Below are positions 20,248 to 29,093 of a stretch of DNA of 64,000 bases, one piece after another (position 1 is the first letter of the stretch; each line of letters starts with the position of its first letter). A program made the position numbers and the translations under genes. The DNA is taken from the NCBI GenBank assembly GCA_963840035.1, contig CAWIXE010000001.1, positions 704,001 through 768,000 of the forward strand, written 5' to 3'. The notes beneath the pieces were generated by a model. That model saw nothing but the letters and a program-made list of their open reading frames with translations, had not been told where the DNA came from and made no database searches. The stretch is from a candidate division FCPU426 bacterium (lineage in GTDB: Bacteria; Oederibacteriota; PGYV01; Palsa-1178).

Positions 20248-20307
20248 TTATTTGATTCTTATGAGGGAATCAAATAACCCGTGCAAGGCGGGACAATAGG
20301 GGAAAAT

Positions 20308-21126
20308 ATGGATAGTCTACCGGTTGTTTTTGAGAATTTTGAGATACGCAGGGTTTATGATGAAAAGAAAGAGGTTTGGTTTTTTTCTGTAGTTGATATT
20401 GTGGGGGCGCTTATACAGCAGAAGGATTTTCAGGCGGCGAGGAAGTATTGGAATAAGCTTAAGGAAAGACTGGTAAAGGAAGGAAATCAGTCGGTGACAA
20501 ATTGTCACCAACTGAAAATGGAAGCGGCAGACGGAAAAAAGTACCTTACAGATGTGGCGGATCCGGAGGTCCTGCTTCGCCTCATCCAGTCCGTCCCGAG
20601 CCCCAAGGCTGAGCCAATAAAACTATGGCTTGCCAAGGTCGGTTACGAAAGGATGCAGGAACTGGCTGACCCGGAGCGTTCCTTAAACCGCGCCAGGGAA
20701 AACTGGCAAAGGCACGGCAGAAGTGAAAAGTGGATACAGCAGAGGATGATGAGCCAGGAAACCAGGAACAAACTCACCGACTACTGGAAAGACAACGAAA
20801 TAACACAAAAAGAAGAATACGCCATACTGACAAACATAATACACAAAGAATGGTCCGGACTGGATGTAAAAACCCATAAAATCCTGAAAGGCCTAAAAAG
20901 CCAAAACCTGCGGGACCATATGAGCGAGGCGGAGCTCATTTTTACTGCGTTAGCCGAACTCTCCACAAGGCAGATAGCACAGGCAGAGAAAGCAAAGGGC
21001 TTAAAGCATAACAGCCGCACCGGAAAAAAAGGCGGGAAGATAGCGGGTAAGGCAAGAAAAGAGCTGGAGAAAAAAACCGGCAGAAGTATTATAACGGGAG
21101 ACAACTTTCTTCCTCCAAAGAAGTAA
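20308..21126 (+). CDS. Bro-N domain protein
   Basis: IRRV......WFFSVVD, RKYWNKLK.RL, LK..A.DGK...TD, RLIQS.PSPKAEP.KLWLA, NLRDHM..EL.F..LAE. Confidence 0.88.
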   Translation: MDSLPVVFENFEIRRVYDEKKEVWFFSVVDIVGALIQQKDFQAARKYWNKLKERLVKEGNQSVTNCHQLKMEAADGKKYLTDVADPEVLLRLIQSVPSPKAEPIKLWLAKVGYERMQELADPERSLNRARENWQRHGRSEKWIQQRMMSQETRNKLTDYWKDNEITQKEEYAILTNIIHKEWSGLDVKTHKILKGLKSQNLRDHMSEAELIFTALAELSTRQIAQAEKAKGLKHNSRTGKKGGKIAGKARKELEKKTGRSIITGDNFLPPKK

Positions 21127-21135
21127 GATAAAGGT

Positions 21136-21400
21136 TTGGTACTGGTACGCTATTGCGTGAAGAAAAATGCGGGGCTTGTTATACACCGTGAAATCGGCAA
21201 CAGCATGGAATGGTCGTTAAATGAGGACGGCTACGCTTATAAAACGCTTGGGCCATTGTATGAGACTCTTTTTAGGGCTCCGGCGCCGCTTGAGAAGATA
21301 AAGGAAGTCATCAAAGAGAACCTGCCAAAAAACATGGTCCTGGAGGCGAAGTTATTCGGTTCCATGGCTAGGGGCGATTACGGCGGAAGCAGTAACGTCT
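21136..21400 (+). pseudogene. Truncated nucleotidyltransferase (MNT-type) remnant
   Basis: LFGSMARGD....SN motif, then frame runs into REP sequence; no convincing start. Confidence 0.55.
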
Positions 21401-21424
21401 GTGGCGGTCTTAATGGCTGGGGCT

Positions 21425-21448
21425 GGGCGATTCGTGAATCGCCCCTAC
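21425..21448 (-). repeat. GTAG-REP (GTAGGGGCGATTCACGAATCGCCC)
   Basis: Identical copy near 44899-44922; interrupted copy at 58271-58317. Confidence 0.8.
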
Positions 21449-21562
21449 AAATGAATGAATCATGGACATAAATACTGTTTTCTGAGACGTTAATTCATTA
21501 AAATATAACACCTTTATTTTAAGGGCTTTTATGGAATTAAGCCTTATTTTATAAAAATATCC

Positions 21563-21673
21563 TTGACAATCAGACTTAAATCGGGTAAATTTGTATTGAA
21601 GATATGAACGTTCATATAAATCAATTTACTTAGGAAAAGTATATTTAAAGCGCAAGAATATGAACGTTCATAT
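21563..21673 (+). promoter_or_regulatory. Xylanase promoter with two identical LacI-type operators
   Basis: TTGACA-17-TAAATT; perfect palindrome ATATGAACGTTCATAT at 21602-21617 and 21658-21673. Confidence 0.85.
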
Positions 21674-21742
21674 GATGATAAAGAAAATAACGGAGGATAA
21701 AAAATAAAAATGAAAATAAAAATTTCAAAGGGGAGTGGGAAA

Positions 21743-24241
21743 ATGAAAAAAATCTTTTTGTTCCTGATCGTGCTTTTGTCTTTTGTTGTTCCTGTCTTAA
21801 ACGCGGCGACCTGTACGGTTGACGCGAATGCCACGTACCAGTACATACGCGGCATAGGAGCTTCCAGCGCCTGGTATGGTTTGGCCGGCGCGAGCGCTGC
21901 ATCGCTTTTTGCGGATGACAACGTCAACGGCCACATCGGAATGTCCATGTTGAGGGCCAGGATAGATCCAAACGGAAGCCACGCAGCTGAAGTCAATAAC
22001 CTGGTCGCTGCCAAGGCCGCCAATCCCAACCTTCTTTTATGGGCCACAGAGTGGTCGCCGCCAGCGCAGTACAAGGCTAATAATAATGTAAACGGGCCGG
22101 CAACCAACAATACCTTCCTTGGCGCCTCATCCGGCGCGCCTAACAGCGCGGATACGGGTTATGCCAATTACCTGGTCTCATATATACAGTACGCGAAAAG
22201 CCGCGGCATAGACCTTTACGCCATTTCAGTCCAGAACGAACCAAACTGGAACCCGGACTATGAAGCCTGCCTTTGGACAGCGGGGCAGTTTGAAGTTTTT
22301 GCGCGCGCGTTTAAAAGCGCGCTCACAACCGCCGGGCTTACGACCAAGATCATGATACCTGAGCCGATTAATCCGGGGGGATTAAACCTGGCTTCCGCAT
22401 CCATGAACAACGCGACAACAGCCTCCTATATTAATATAATCGGAACGCACCTTTATGGCGGGATGCCCAACGCCCTTAATACTTACGGCTTCACACAGCT
22501 GACAAACCAGGAATTCTGGGAGACAGAGATATCAGCCAATACGACCGATATAGCGGGCGCATTGCAGCAGGCGGGCTGGGTACAGACGTGCCTGGTGAAC
22601 GCAAGCATGAACGCTTTCCACTACTGGTGGATACAGGATATGGCCACCAACGGCAACCTGAACATAAAGGCTTTTGCCCTGGGCAATTACAGCAAGTTCA
22701 TAAGGCCGGGATATTACCGCATGGGAGCGACAGCCGCCCCGACATCCGGCGTGCAGGTCAGCGCATTTAAGAACACCAATAATTCCACGCCGTCAAAGAT
22801 TGTCTTTGTGGCGATTAACAACAACTCTTCGGCAACCAGCCAGACATTCAGCTTAAACGGCCTCAACGTAACATCGGTTACGCCGTGGCGTACAGACGCC
22901 AGCACAAACCTGGTGGCACAGGCCGCGGTAAGCGTTTCAGGAAACAGTTTTACTTACAGCCTTCCGGCAAGAAGCATAGTTTCCTTTGTGGGAACAAACG
23001 GCACCACCGGGCCTACAGCCACAAACACGGCAATAGTCCCTACATCAACATCCACACCGTGTGCGGCAACAGCTATCGTGCCTTATCTTCAGGCTGACGC
23101 AGGCGCATGGCAGCAGGTTGCCAGCGTTACTGTAGCTTCCACCACCTCCGCTGTTAACCTCGGGCCTCAGCCGGCAACCGGCGGTTCCTGGAGCTGGACC
23201 GGGCCTAACGGTTTCACATCAACTTCGCGTGAACTTCTCGGTATTGCGTTAAGCGCCGGGAATAACGTATTCACGGCAACATATACGAACGCGTGCGGGG
23301 CCAAGTCCACGCAGGCTTTCACTATTATAGTATCAGGTTCGGCCACATCAACGGCCACGGCTGTTGTGACGCCGGTAAACACGCCGATAACGAACTTACT
23401 TGGCGGCAATCCGCTCATGTACCAGAAATACACCGCTGACCCGACAGCCTGCTGGTTCAACGGCAGGATGTATATTTACACTTCGCATGATAAAACAGGC
23501 GCGACAGGTTACGATATATCCGATGTAACCGTCATGTCATCAGATGACCTTGTTAACTGGACCGACGAAGGCGAAGCGGTCAAGGCGTCAGACACATCAT
23601 GGGCGGGGCTGACTTACGCGCCGACGAGCGTTTACAGAAACGGATATTACTATGTATATTTCGGCAACGGCGGAGGCAGCATAGGCGTGGTCAGGGGCAC
23701 GAGCCCGACAGGCCCGTTCACAGACCCTGTAGGACACGCGATTGTAACCGGCTCCACGCCGGGCTGCAGCGGCATGACATACGTATTTGACCCCGCTGTA
23801 TTTGTTGACGACGACGGACAGGCTTACATGTATTTCGGAGGAGGCGGGCCGGGCAACGCAAGGGTTATAAAGCTCAACGCCGACATGATAAGCGTCAATG
23901 GTTCTGCCGTGACGATAGACGCCCCAAGGTATTTTGAGGCTCCATTCATGAATAAGAGAAACGGGATATATTATTACTCGTACTCGACTGATTTCTCGGC
24001 GTCACCGGCTGCGACAATTGACTACATGACTAGCAGCAACCCGATGACAGGCTTTGCATACAAAGGAACCATACTCGGGAATCCATCGGATAACTGCGGC
24101 AACAACAACCATGCTTCGATTGTGAACATAGGGACCGACTGGTACATAGCTTACCATACCAGGAGGCTTCTCAAACATAAACCTCGGCAACTGCAACGGC
24201 ATATACCAGAGGAGCGTGGCTTTAGACAGGCTCTACTTTAA
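21743..24241 (+). CDS. Multimodular xylanase, 5' part: GH30, Ig-like module, GH43 (frameshift near 24170)
   Basis: Signal peptide; WSPP, SVQNEP, WETE (GH30); ADP, FDP, FEAP, NNNH, WYIAYH (GH43). Confidence 0.88.
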   Translation: MKKIFLFLIVLLSFVVPVLNAATCTVDANATYQYIRGIGASSAWYGLAGASAASLFADDNVNGHIGMSMLRARIDPNGSHAAEVNNLVAAKAANPNLLLWATEWSPPAQYKANNNVNGPATNNTFLGASSGAPNSADTGYANYLVSYIQYAKSRGIDLYAISVQNEPNWNPDYEACLWTAGQFEVFARAFKSALTTAGLTTKIMIPEPINPGGLNLASASMNNATTASYINIIGTHLYGGMPNALNTYGFTQLTNQEFWETEISANTTDIAGALQQAGWVQTCLVNASMNAFHYWWIQDMATNGNLNIKAFALGNYSKFIRPGYYRMGATAAPTSGVQVSAFKNTNNSTPSKIVFVAINNNSSATSQTFSLNGLNVTSVTPWRTDASTNLVAQAAVSVSGNSFTYSLPARSIVSFVGTNGTTGPTATNTAIVPTSTSTPCAATAIVPYLQADAGAWQQVASVTVASTTSAVNLGPQPATGGSWSWTGPNGFTSTSRELLGIALSAGNNVFTATYTNACGAKSTQAFTIIVSGSATSTATAVVTPVNTPITNLLGGNPLMYQKYTADPTACWFNGRMYIYTSHDKTGATGYDISDVTVMSSDDLVNWTDEGEAVKASDTSWAGLTYAPTSVYRNGYYYVYFGNGGGSIGVVRGTSPTGPFTDPVGHAIVTGSTPGCSGMTYVFDPAVFVDDDGQAYMYFGGGGPGNARVIKLNADMISVNGSAVTIDAPRYFEAPFMNKRNGIYYYSYSTDFSASPAATIDYMTSSNPMTGFAYKGTILGNPSDNCGNNNHASIVNIGTDWYIAYHTRRLLKHKPRQLQRHIPEERGFRQALL

Positions 24242-27200
24242 CGCTGACGGCACCATACAGAAAGTGGTAACGACAACAACAGGCGTAAACGCGCTGAAAA
24301 CCGTGAACCCGTATACCACATTAAAAGCGGTTATGATGGCAAAAGAATCAGGGATAACCACTGAAATATGCACAGAAGGCGGGCTGAATGTAGCGAACAT
24401 TGAGAATAATGACTCGATACAGGTCAAGAACCTCGAGTTCGGCACCGGCGCTACAGGATTTAACGCACGCGTGGCGAGCGCGACCAGCGGCGGAAACATA
24501 GTGATACACCTTGACAGCGCGACAGGGCCGGTCATCGGCACGTGCGCTGTGACAGGCACCGGCGGATGGCAGACATGGCAGACCAAGTCGTGCGCGATAT
24601 CCGGCGCGACAGGAAGACACGATGTATACTTTGTGTTTACCGGCGGGTCAGGATTCCTGTTCAATTTCGCGTCCTACAGCTTTACACAGGGAAGCGTAAC
24701 AGCGACACCTGTAGTAACAAATACAAACACACCGGTTCCTCCTACAGCGACTCCGACAACACCGGTGGCCACAAGCACGCCGGTTGTACCTACAGCTACT
24801 CCGACAACACCGGTTATCACGGGCGGATTAAGGGACTTAGCCGCAGCCAAAGGGCTGCTGCTCGGCTCAGAGGCTACGAACAGCCCGCTGCAGAATGAAG
24901 CCATATACAGGACCACGCTTGCCAAGGAATTCAACTGGATGGGCGGGGAGAATGAGTTCAAGGCTTATCTTTGGAACGGGCCTTACTCCTATAATTTTGG
25001 GACCACTGATTATTACAAGAATTTCAGGGATGCTAATAATATGCAGATGAGGGGACATGTCCTGGTTTATAACGCGGTTGTGCCAAGCTGGATGAGCAGC
25101 GGCAGCTATACAAACACCCAGATTGGCGACATGCTCAAGGCATACGTGCTGGCCATGGCCGGCAGGTACAGCGGCAAGATGAATGAATGGGATGTTGTAA
25201 ACGAGGCAGTCTCAGACGGCGCGCCGTATGGGTATAAGTCCAACGACTTCTGGTACCAGAAGCTTGGCGATTACATCCCGCAGGCGTTCCAGTGGGCAAG
25301 GCAGGCAGACCCGAACGCGAAGCTTGTCTACAATGATTACGGCAACGAAGGCTTAAACGCAAAGTCAAACTATATATACACCATGGTCAGCAATATGAAA
25401 AACCAGAACATTCCGATCGACGGTGTGGGATGGCAGTGCCACGTAAGCAGCAGCTGGCGCTTAAACGACGACATATGGGAAAACGCGCAGAGGCTCAGCG
25501 CGCTTGGCCTGCAGATATCGGTTACCGAACTCGATGTAGCCATACCGGTCCCTGTTGACGCGGCAAAACTGCAGTCGCAGGCAAAGGCGTATGCCGACAT
25601 GGCTTTCCTTTGCATGACGCATCCGAGCATAAAGAGGATGTTCCTGTGGGGATTCACGGACAAGTATTCGTGGATACCCGGCTTTACGAACGGGGCATCG
25701 GACGCGGCCCTGATATATGACGCGAATTACGCCAAAAAACCGGCGTATTACGCGATAGAGTCGGTCTTAAAGCTGCAGCCTGTGGACGGCATTTACAATG
25801 GCGGCTTTGAAAGCTCCATTTACTGCTGGAATGAAAGCTCGGGCGGCACCATAGCGGAAGAGACCAGCGTGGTACACAGCGGCACAAAATCAGCCAGGGT
25901 TGAGAACAGGACACAGGCATACCAGGGCATAGGCCAGTATGTGCTGCCTTATCTTCTGAAGAACGGACAGGGCAACTACAGCGCAGGCGTGTGGGCAAGG
26001 CTCGCCTCCGGCACTGACACGGCAAAGCTGACCCTCTATATAAAGGATGACGCGGGCAGCAAGTATATATCGCTCGGTTCAGCCGCGGTAAACAGCACAC
26101 AGTGGAGCCAGGTAAACGGTTCGGCAAATGTCACATGGACCGGGCTTTTAAGGGTCGCAAGGCTGTTTGTTGAAACATCCACCGGGACATCGAATTTCTA
26201 TGTGGACGACATGAGCTTTGCAACGCAGGGAGTTACAACACCTACAAACACGCCGGTAGTACCGACAGCGACACCTACAACACCGGTGCCGACAAACACG
26301 CCGGTAGTACCGACAGCGACACCTACAACACCTGTGCCGACAAACACGGCCATAGTTCCTACAGCAACACCTACAACACCGGTGCCGACAAATACGGCCA
26401 TAGTTCCGACAGAGACACCGACAACACCTGTACCGACAAACACGGCGATAGTTCCTACAGCTACGCCTATAACACCGGTACCTACAAACACGGCAATAGT
26501 GCCGACAGCGACACCGACAACGCCGGTACCCACAAACACGCCGATAACACCGACGGCAACACCGACAACGCCTGTGCCCACCAGCACACCGATAACACCG
26601 ACACCGACCACACCGGTAACAGCAAATATTTCAATACAGCTTAAAAGCGGAGACACCAACAGTTCTACAAGCAGCCCGCATCCGCAGATAAGGATAATAA
26701 ACACTGGCTCAACAGCGCTTAACATGAATACTGTTGAGGCCCGTTACTGGTTCAGCTATGACGGCGCAGGCCAGTCATTACAGGCTTTTGTTGACTGGGC
26801 CGGCAGGATGCCGCAGGGAGCCGGGGTCAGCGGAAATGTCCAGATTTCGGTCGTCGCTAAAACCCAGGGAACCCAGACACATTACATGAGCATCAAATTC
26901 ACCGGAGGGCTCATGCTGCAGCCTGGGGAATATGTTGAAGTCCAGACAAGGTTCAACAAAAATGACTGGTCATCCATGCTGCAGGCCAATGACTGGAGCT
27001 TCGCATCATACACAGGATTTACAACATGGAGCAGGATAACCGGGTATGTGAACGCGGCAAGAGTATGGGGAGAAGAACCTAACGCGGCAATATCAGGCCA
27101 GGCGGCGCAGGTTTCCAGCGCGATGAGCTATCCGAATCCGTCAACAGGCGGAACGACAAATCTTTCTTACACCATAGCGGGCACGGGCGCGTCATCGCTT

Positions 27201-27452
27201 GATATGAATTACACGATACCTGACCCTGACGCGAAAGTATCGCTGAGGATATATACGGTATCAGACAGGCTGGTGTGGGGAAAGGAAATCAGCGGAGTGC
27301 AGAATGTATCCGCGGGAAAGCATATTGTAAGCTGGGACGGAAAGACGTCCGGCGGCGTTGAACTTGCAGCCGGGACATACACGCTGAATGTAAGGGTAAT
27401 CTCAAACGGAAAGATAAGCAGCAAGGATTTTAAGATAATAATGCTGAAGTAA
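24171..27452 (+). CDS. Multimodular xylanase, 3' part: GH43 tail, CBM6, GH10, CBM22/CBM4-9, P/T linker, CBM3, T9SS-like CTD
   Basis: YQRSVALDRLYFNADGTI GH43 tail; TGGWQTW (CBM6); ENEFK, RGHVLV, WDVVNE, YNDY, VTELD, WGFTD (GH10); NGGFE; RYWF, QANDWSF (CBM3); YPNP...KIIMLK. Confidence 0.88.
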   Translation, partial: SNINLGNCNGIYQRSVALDRLYFNADGTIQKVVTTTTGVNALKTVNPYTTLKAVMMAKESGITTEICTEGGLNVANIENNDSIQVKNLEFGTGATGFNARVASATSGGNIVIHLDSATGPVIGTCAVTGTGGWQTWQTKSCAISGATGRHDVYFVFTGGSGFLFNFASYSFTQGSVTATPVVTNTNTPVPPTATPTTPVATSTPVVPTATPTTPVITGGLRDLAAAKGLLLGSEATNSPLQNEAIYRTTLAKEFNWMGGENEFKAYLWNGPYSYNFGTTDYYKNFRDANNMQMRGHVLVYNAVVPSWMSSGSYTNTQIGDMLKAYVLAMAGRYSGKMNEWDVVNEAVSDGAPYGYKSNDFWYQKLGDYIPQAFQWARQADPNAKLVYNDYGNEGLNAKSNYIYTMVSNMKNQNIPIDGVGWQCHVSSSWRLNDDIWENAQRLSALGLQISVTELDVAIPVPVDAAKLQSQAKAYADMAFLCMTHPSIKRMFLWGFTDKYSWIPGFTNGASDAALIYDANYAKKPAYYAIESVLKLQPVDGIYNGGFESSIYCWNESSGGTIAEETSVVHSGTKSARVENRTQAYQGIGQYVLPYLLKNGQGNYSAGVWARLASGTDTAKLTLYIKDDAGSKYISLGSAAVNSTQWSQVNGSANVTWTGLLRVARLFVETSTGTSNFYVDDMSFATQGVTTPTNTPVVPTATPTTPVPTNTPVVPTATPTTPVPTNTAIVPTATPTTPVPTNTAIVPTETPTTPVPTNTAIVPTATPITPVPTNTAIVPTATPTTPVPTNTPITPTATPTTPVPTSTPITPTPTTPVTANISIQLKSGDTNSSTSSPHPQIRIINTGSTALNMNTVEARYWFSYDGAGQSLQAFVDWAGRMPQGAGVSGNVQISVVAKTQGTQTHYMSIKFTGGLMLQPGEYVEVQTRFNKNDWSSMLQANDWSFASYTGFTTWSRITGYVNAARVWGEEPNAAISGQAAQVSSAMSYPNPSTGGTTNLSYTIAGTGASSLDMNYTIPDPDAKVSLRIYTVSDRLVWGKEISGVQNVSAGKHIVSWDGKTSGGVELAAGTYTLNVRVISNGKISSKDFKIIMLK
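26241..26618 (+). repeat. Coding tandem repeat, about 8 x 48 bp (PTNTxxxPTATPTTPV)
   Basis: Visible in the translation. Confidence 0.9.
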
Positions 27453-27467
27453 AAAGCCGTTGAAGTG

Positions 27468-27501
27468 AAAAGCCCTCCTCCGGAAACGGGGAGGGCTTTT
27501 T
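27468..27501 (+). terminator. Rho-independent terminator
   Basis: AAAAGCCCTCC...GGAGGGCTTTTT. Confidence 0.85.
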
Positions 27502-27585
27502 CATTTTAGGCTGTGTGCGGGGCGTCGAGGATTGAAAATAGATCAGCAGGTTCCCAAGGGGAGAGGGAATAAAAGTGCGGTATGT

Positions 27586-27656
27586 AATTTACACACGATC
27601 GTAAACACTGTACGTTTCTTATGCGCCTTGACAATACCAAAATTCAATGATACTTT
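27586..27656 (+). promoter_or_regulatory. Promoter with upstream motif AATTTACACACGATCGTAAACA
   Basis: TTGACA 27628-33, 17 nt, TACTTT; motif repeated at 28949-28970. Confidence 0.6.
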
Positions 27657-27698
27657 GAATTTGCAGGAGACATAAAATAACGCGGCCGCGGCGGGCGG

Positions 27699-28742
27699 AT
27701 GAGGAAACGTAAATTGAAAAAACTTGTAATCAAGGACATCGCGAGGCTTGCCGGGGTCAGCTACAGCGCGGTATCGAAGACTATCAATAATTATCCGGAC
27801 ATTTCCGACGTTACAAGGAAAAAAATCCAAAAAATAATCATCAAACACAATTACTGCCCCTCAAAATCGGCCCAGGCCCTGCGCAGCGGGAAAAACAACA
27901 ATATAGCTTTTATGTCCGGGAGGATCGCATCGCATTTTACCGTTGATATACTCGGCGCCATTGAAAGGCGGACTTTTGCCACCGGAAAATATGTGCACGG
28001 GATAATCCCTTACTCCACCAATTACGACACCGGCATAATGAATGAAATATTCGACAAGATACTTTATGGCAGGGAAGCTTCGGCTGTCGTGGCGCTGGCC
28101 ATGAATCCCCCTTCCGGCATACTGCAAAAGCACAGGAAGGCTGGGATTCCGGTGATACTCATAGAGAACTTCATGAAAAATGCCCATACTGTAAATATAG
28201 ACAACAAAAAAGCCGGATTTATGGCGGCCCAGTACCTTATAAAAAGCGGCAGGAAAAACATAGGAATCATATGCGGCGGGCTCAAAGCCGGGTCAAAATT
28301 CGGATACAGTTACGCGGCGGTGGAAAGAAAAGCCGGGTTTGACGCTGCGCTCAAAGAGCATGGGGTCAAATCAGGGGATGAGTACCTGGTAGAATGCGGC
28401 CAGTATACGATTTCGGAAGGCATGGAAATCTTTGGCTCGATGATGAAAAAAGGAAAAATCCCGGGCGCCATTTTCTGCGCTTCCGGAGACATGACCGCTG
28501 TCGGGGTGATGGAGAGCGCGAAAAAACACGGATTGAAAATACCGGATGACCTGGCGGTCATCGGATTTGATGATTCGGAATGCTCGGCCTTTGTCAATCC
28601 GCCGCTGACCACAATAAGGCAGCCGATTGAAAAGATTGGCGCGGAAGTTTTTGACATGGCGGTTGAGGCAATAGGGGGCAAATTAAAAAAATTCAGGCAT
28701 GTTTTGGTGGAACCGGAGCTAATCATAAGAAAGTCGGCTTAA
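27699..28742 (+). CDS. LacI family transcriptional regulator
   Basis: IKDIARLAGVS...VS, IPDDLAVIGFDD, PPLTTIRQP, LIIRKS. Confidence 0.95.
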   Translation: MRKRKLKKLVIKDIARLAGVSYSAVSKTINNYPDISDVTRKKIQKIIIKHNYCPSKSAQALRSGKNNNIAFMSGRIASHFTVDILGAIERRTFATGKYVHGIIPYSTNYDTGIMNEIFDKILYGREASAVVALAMNPPSGILQKHRKAGIPVILIENFMKNAHTVNIDNKKAGFMAAQYLIKSGRKNIGIICGGLKAGSKFGYSYAAVERKAGFDAALKEHGVKSGDEYLVECGQYTISEGMEIFGSMMKKGKIPGAIFCASGDMTAVGVMESAKKHGLKIPDDLAVIGFDDSECSAFVNPPLTTIRQPIEKIGAEVFDMAVEAIGGKLKKFRHVLVEPELIIRKSA

Positions 28743-28774
28743 AATCGATATTGTCAAGAATTGTGTGTAAATTG

Positions 28775-28901
28775 TTTTGTTCTTTTTTCCCTTTCCCCTT
28801 GGGAGAGGGTAGGGTGAGGGGAATAAGACAATTGGTTTCACCTCACCCCAGCCCCTCTCTCCCCCGCAAGGGGGGACTATAAATAGCTAAGAGGAGAGGG
28901 G
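28775..28901. repeat. Dispersed palindromic repeat copy 2 with 27-bp insertion
   Basis: Matches 7174-7272 plus extra TCCCCCGCAAGGGGGGACTATAAATAG at 28860-28886. Confidence 0.85.
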
Positions 28902-28948
28902 GGAGCAGTGGTAGAAGAAAATTAACACGTTTAATATAAGCAAATATG

Positions 28949-29035
28949 AATTTACACACGATTGTATACAATAACCTTAAAATCGAGCATATTGACATTT
29001 TGAGCTGTTTTTGGTATATTTAACTAAATCGATTT
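28949..29035 (+). promoter_or_regulatory. GH74 promoter with upstream motif and downstream LacI-like palindrome
   Basis: AATTTACACACGATTGTATACA; TTGACA-17-TATATT; AAATCGATTT at 29026-29035. Confidence 0.65.
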
Positions 29036-29093
29036 CGATAAATTGGCAAGTCGCGCGATTGCTTTGTAATACTCTCCAGAAAAGCGGGGCATT

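Noticed and set aside
24216..27452. Independent gene starting at GTG 24216
   Set aside because: Begins inside the GH43 final blade and has no signal peptide despite a secretion CTD; better explained as a frameshifted continuation
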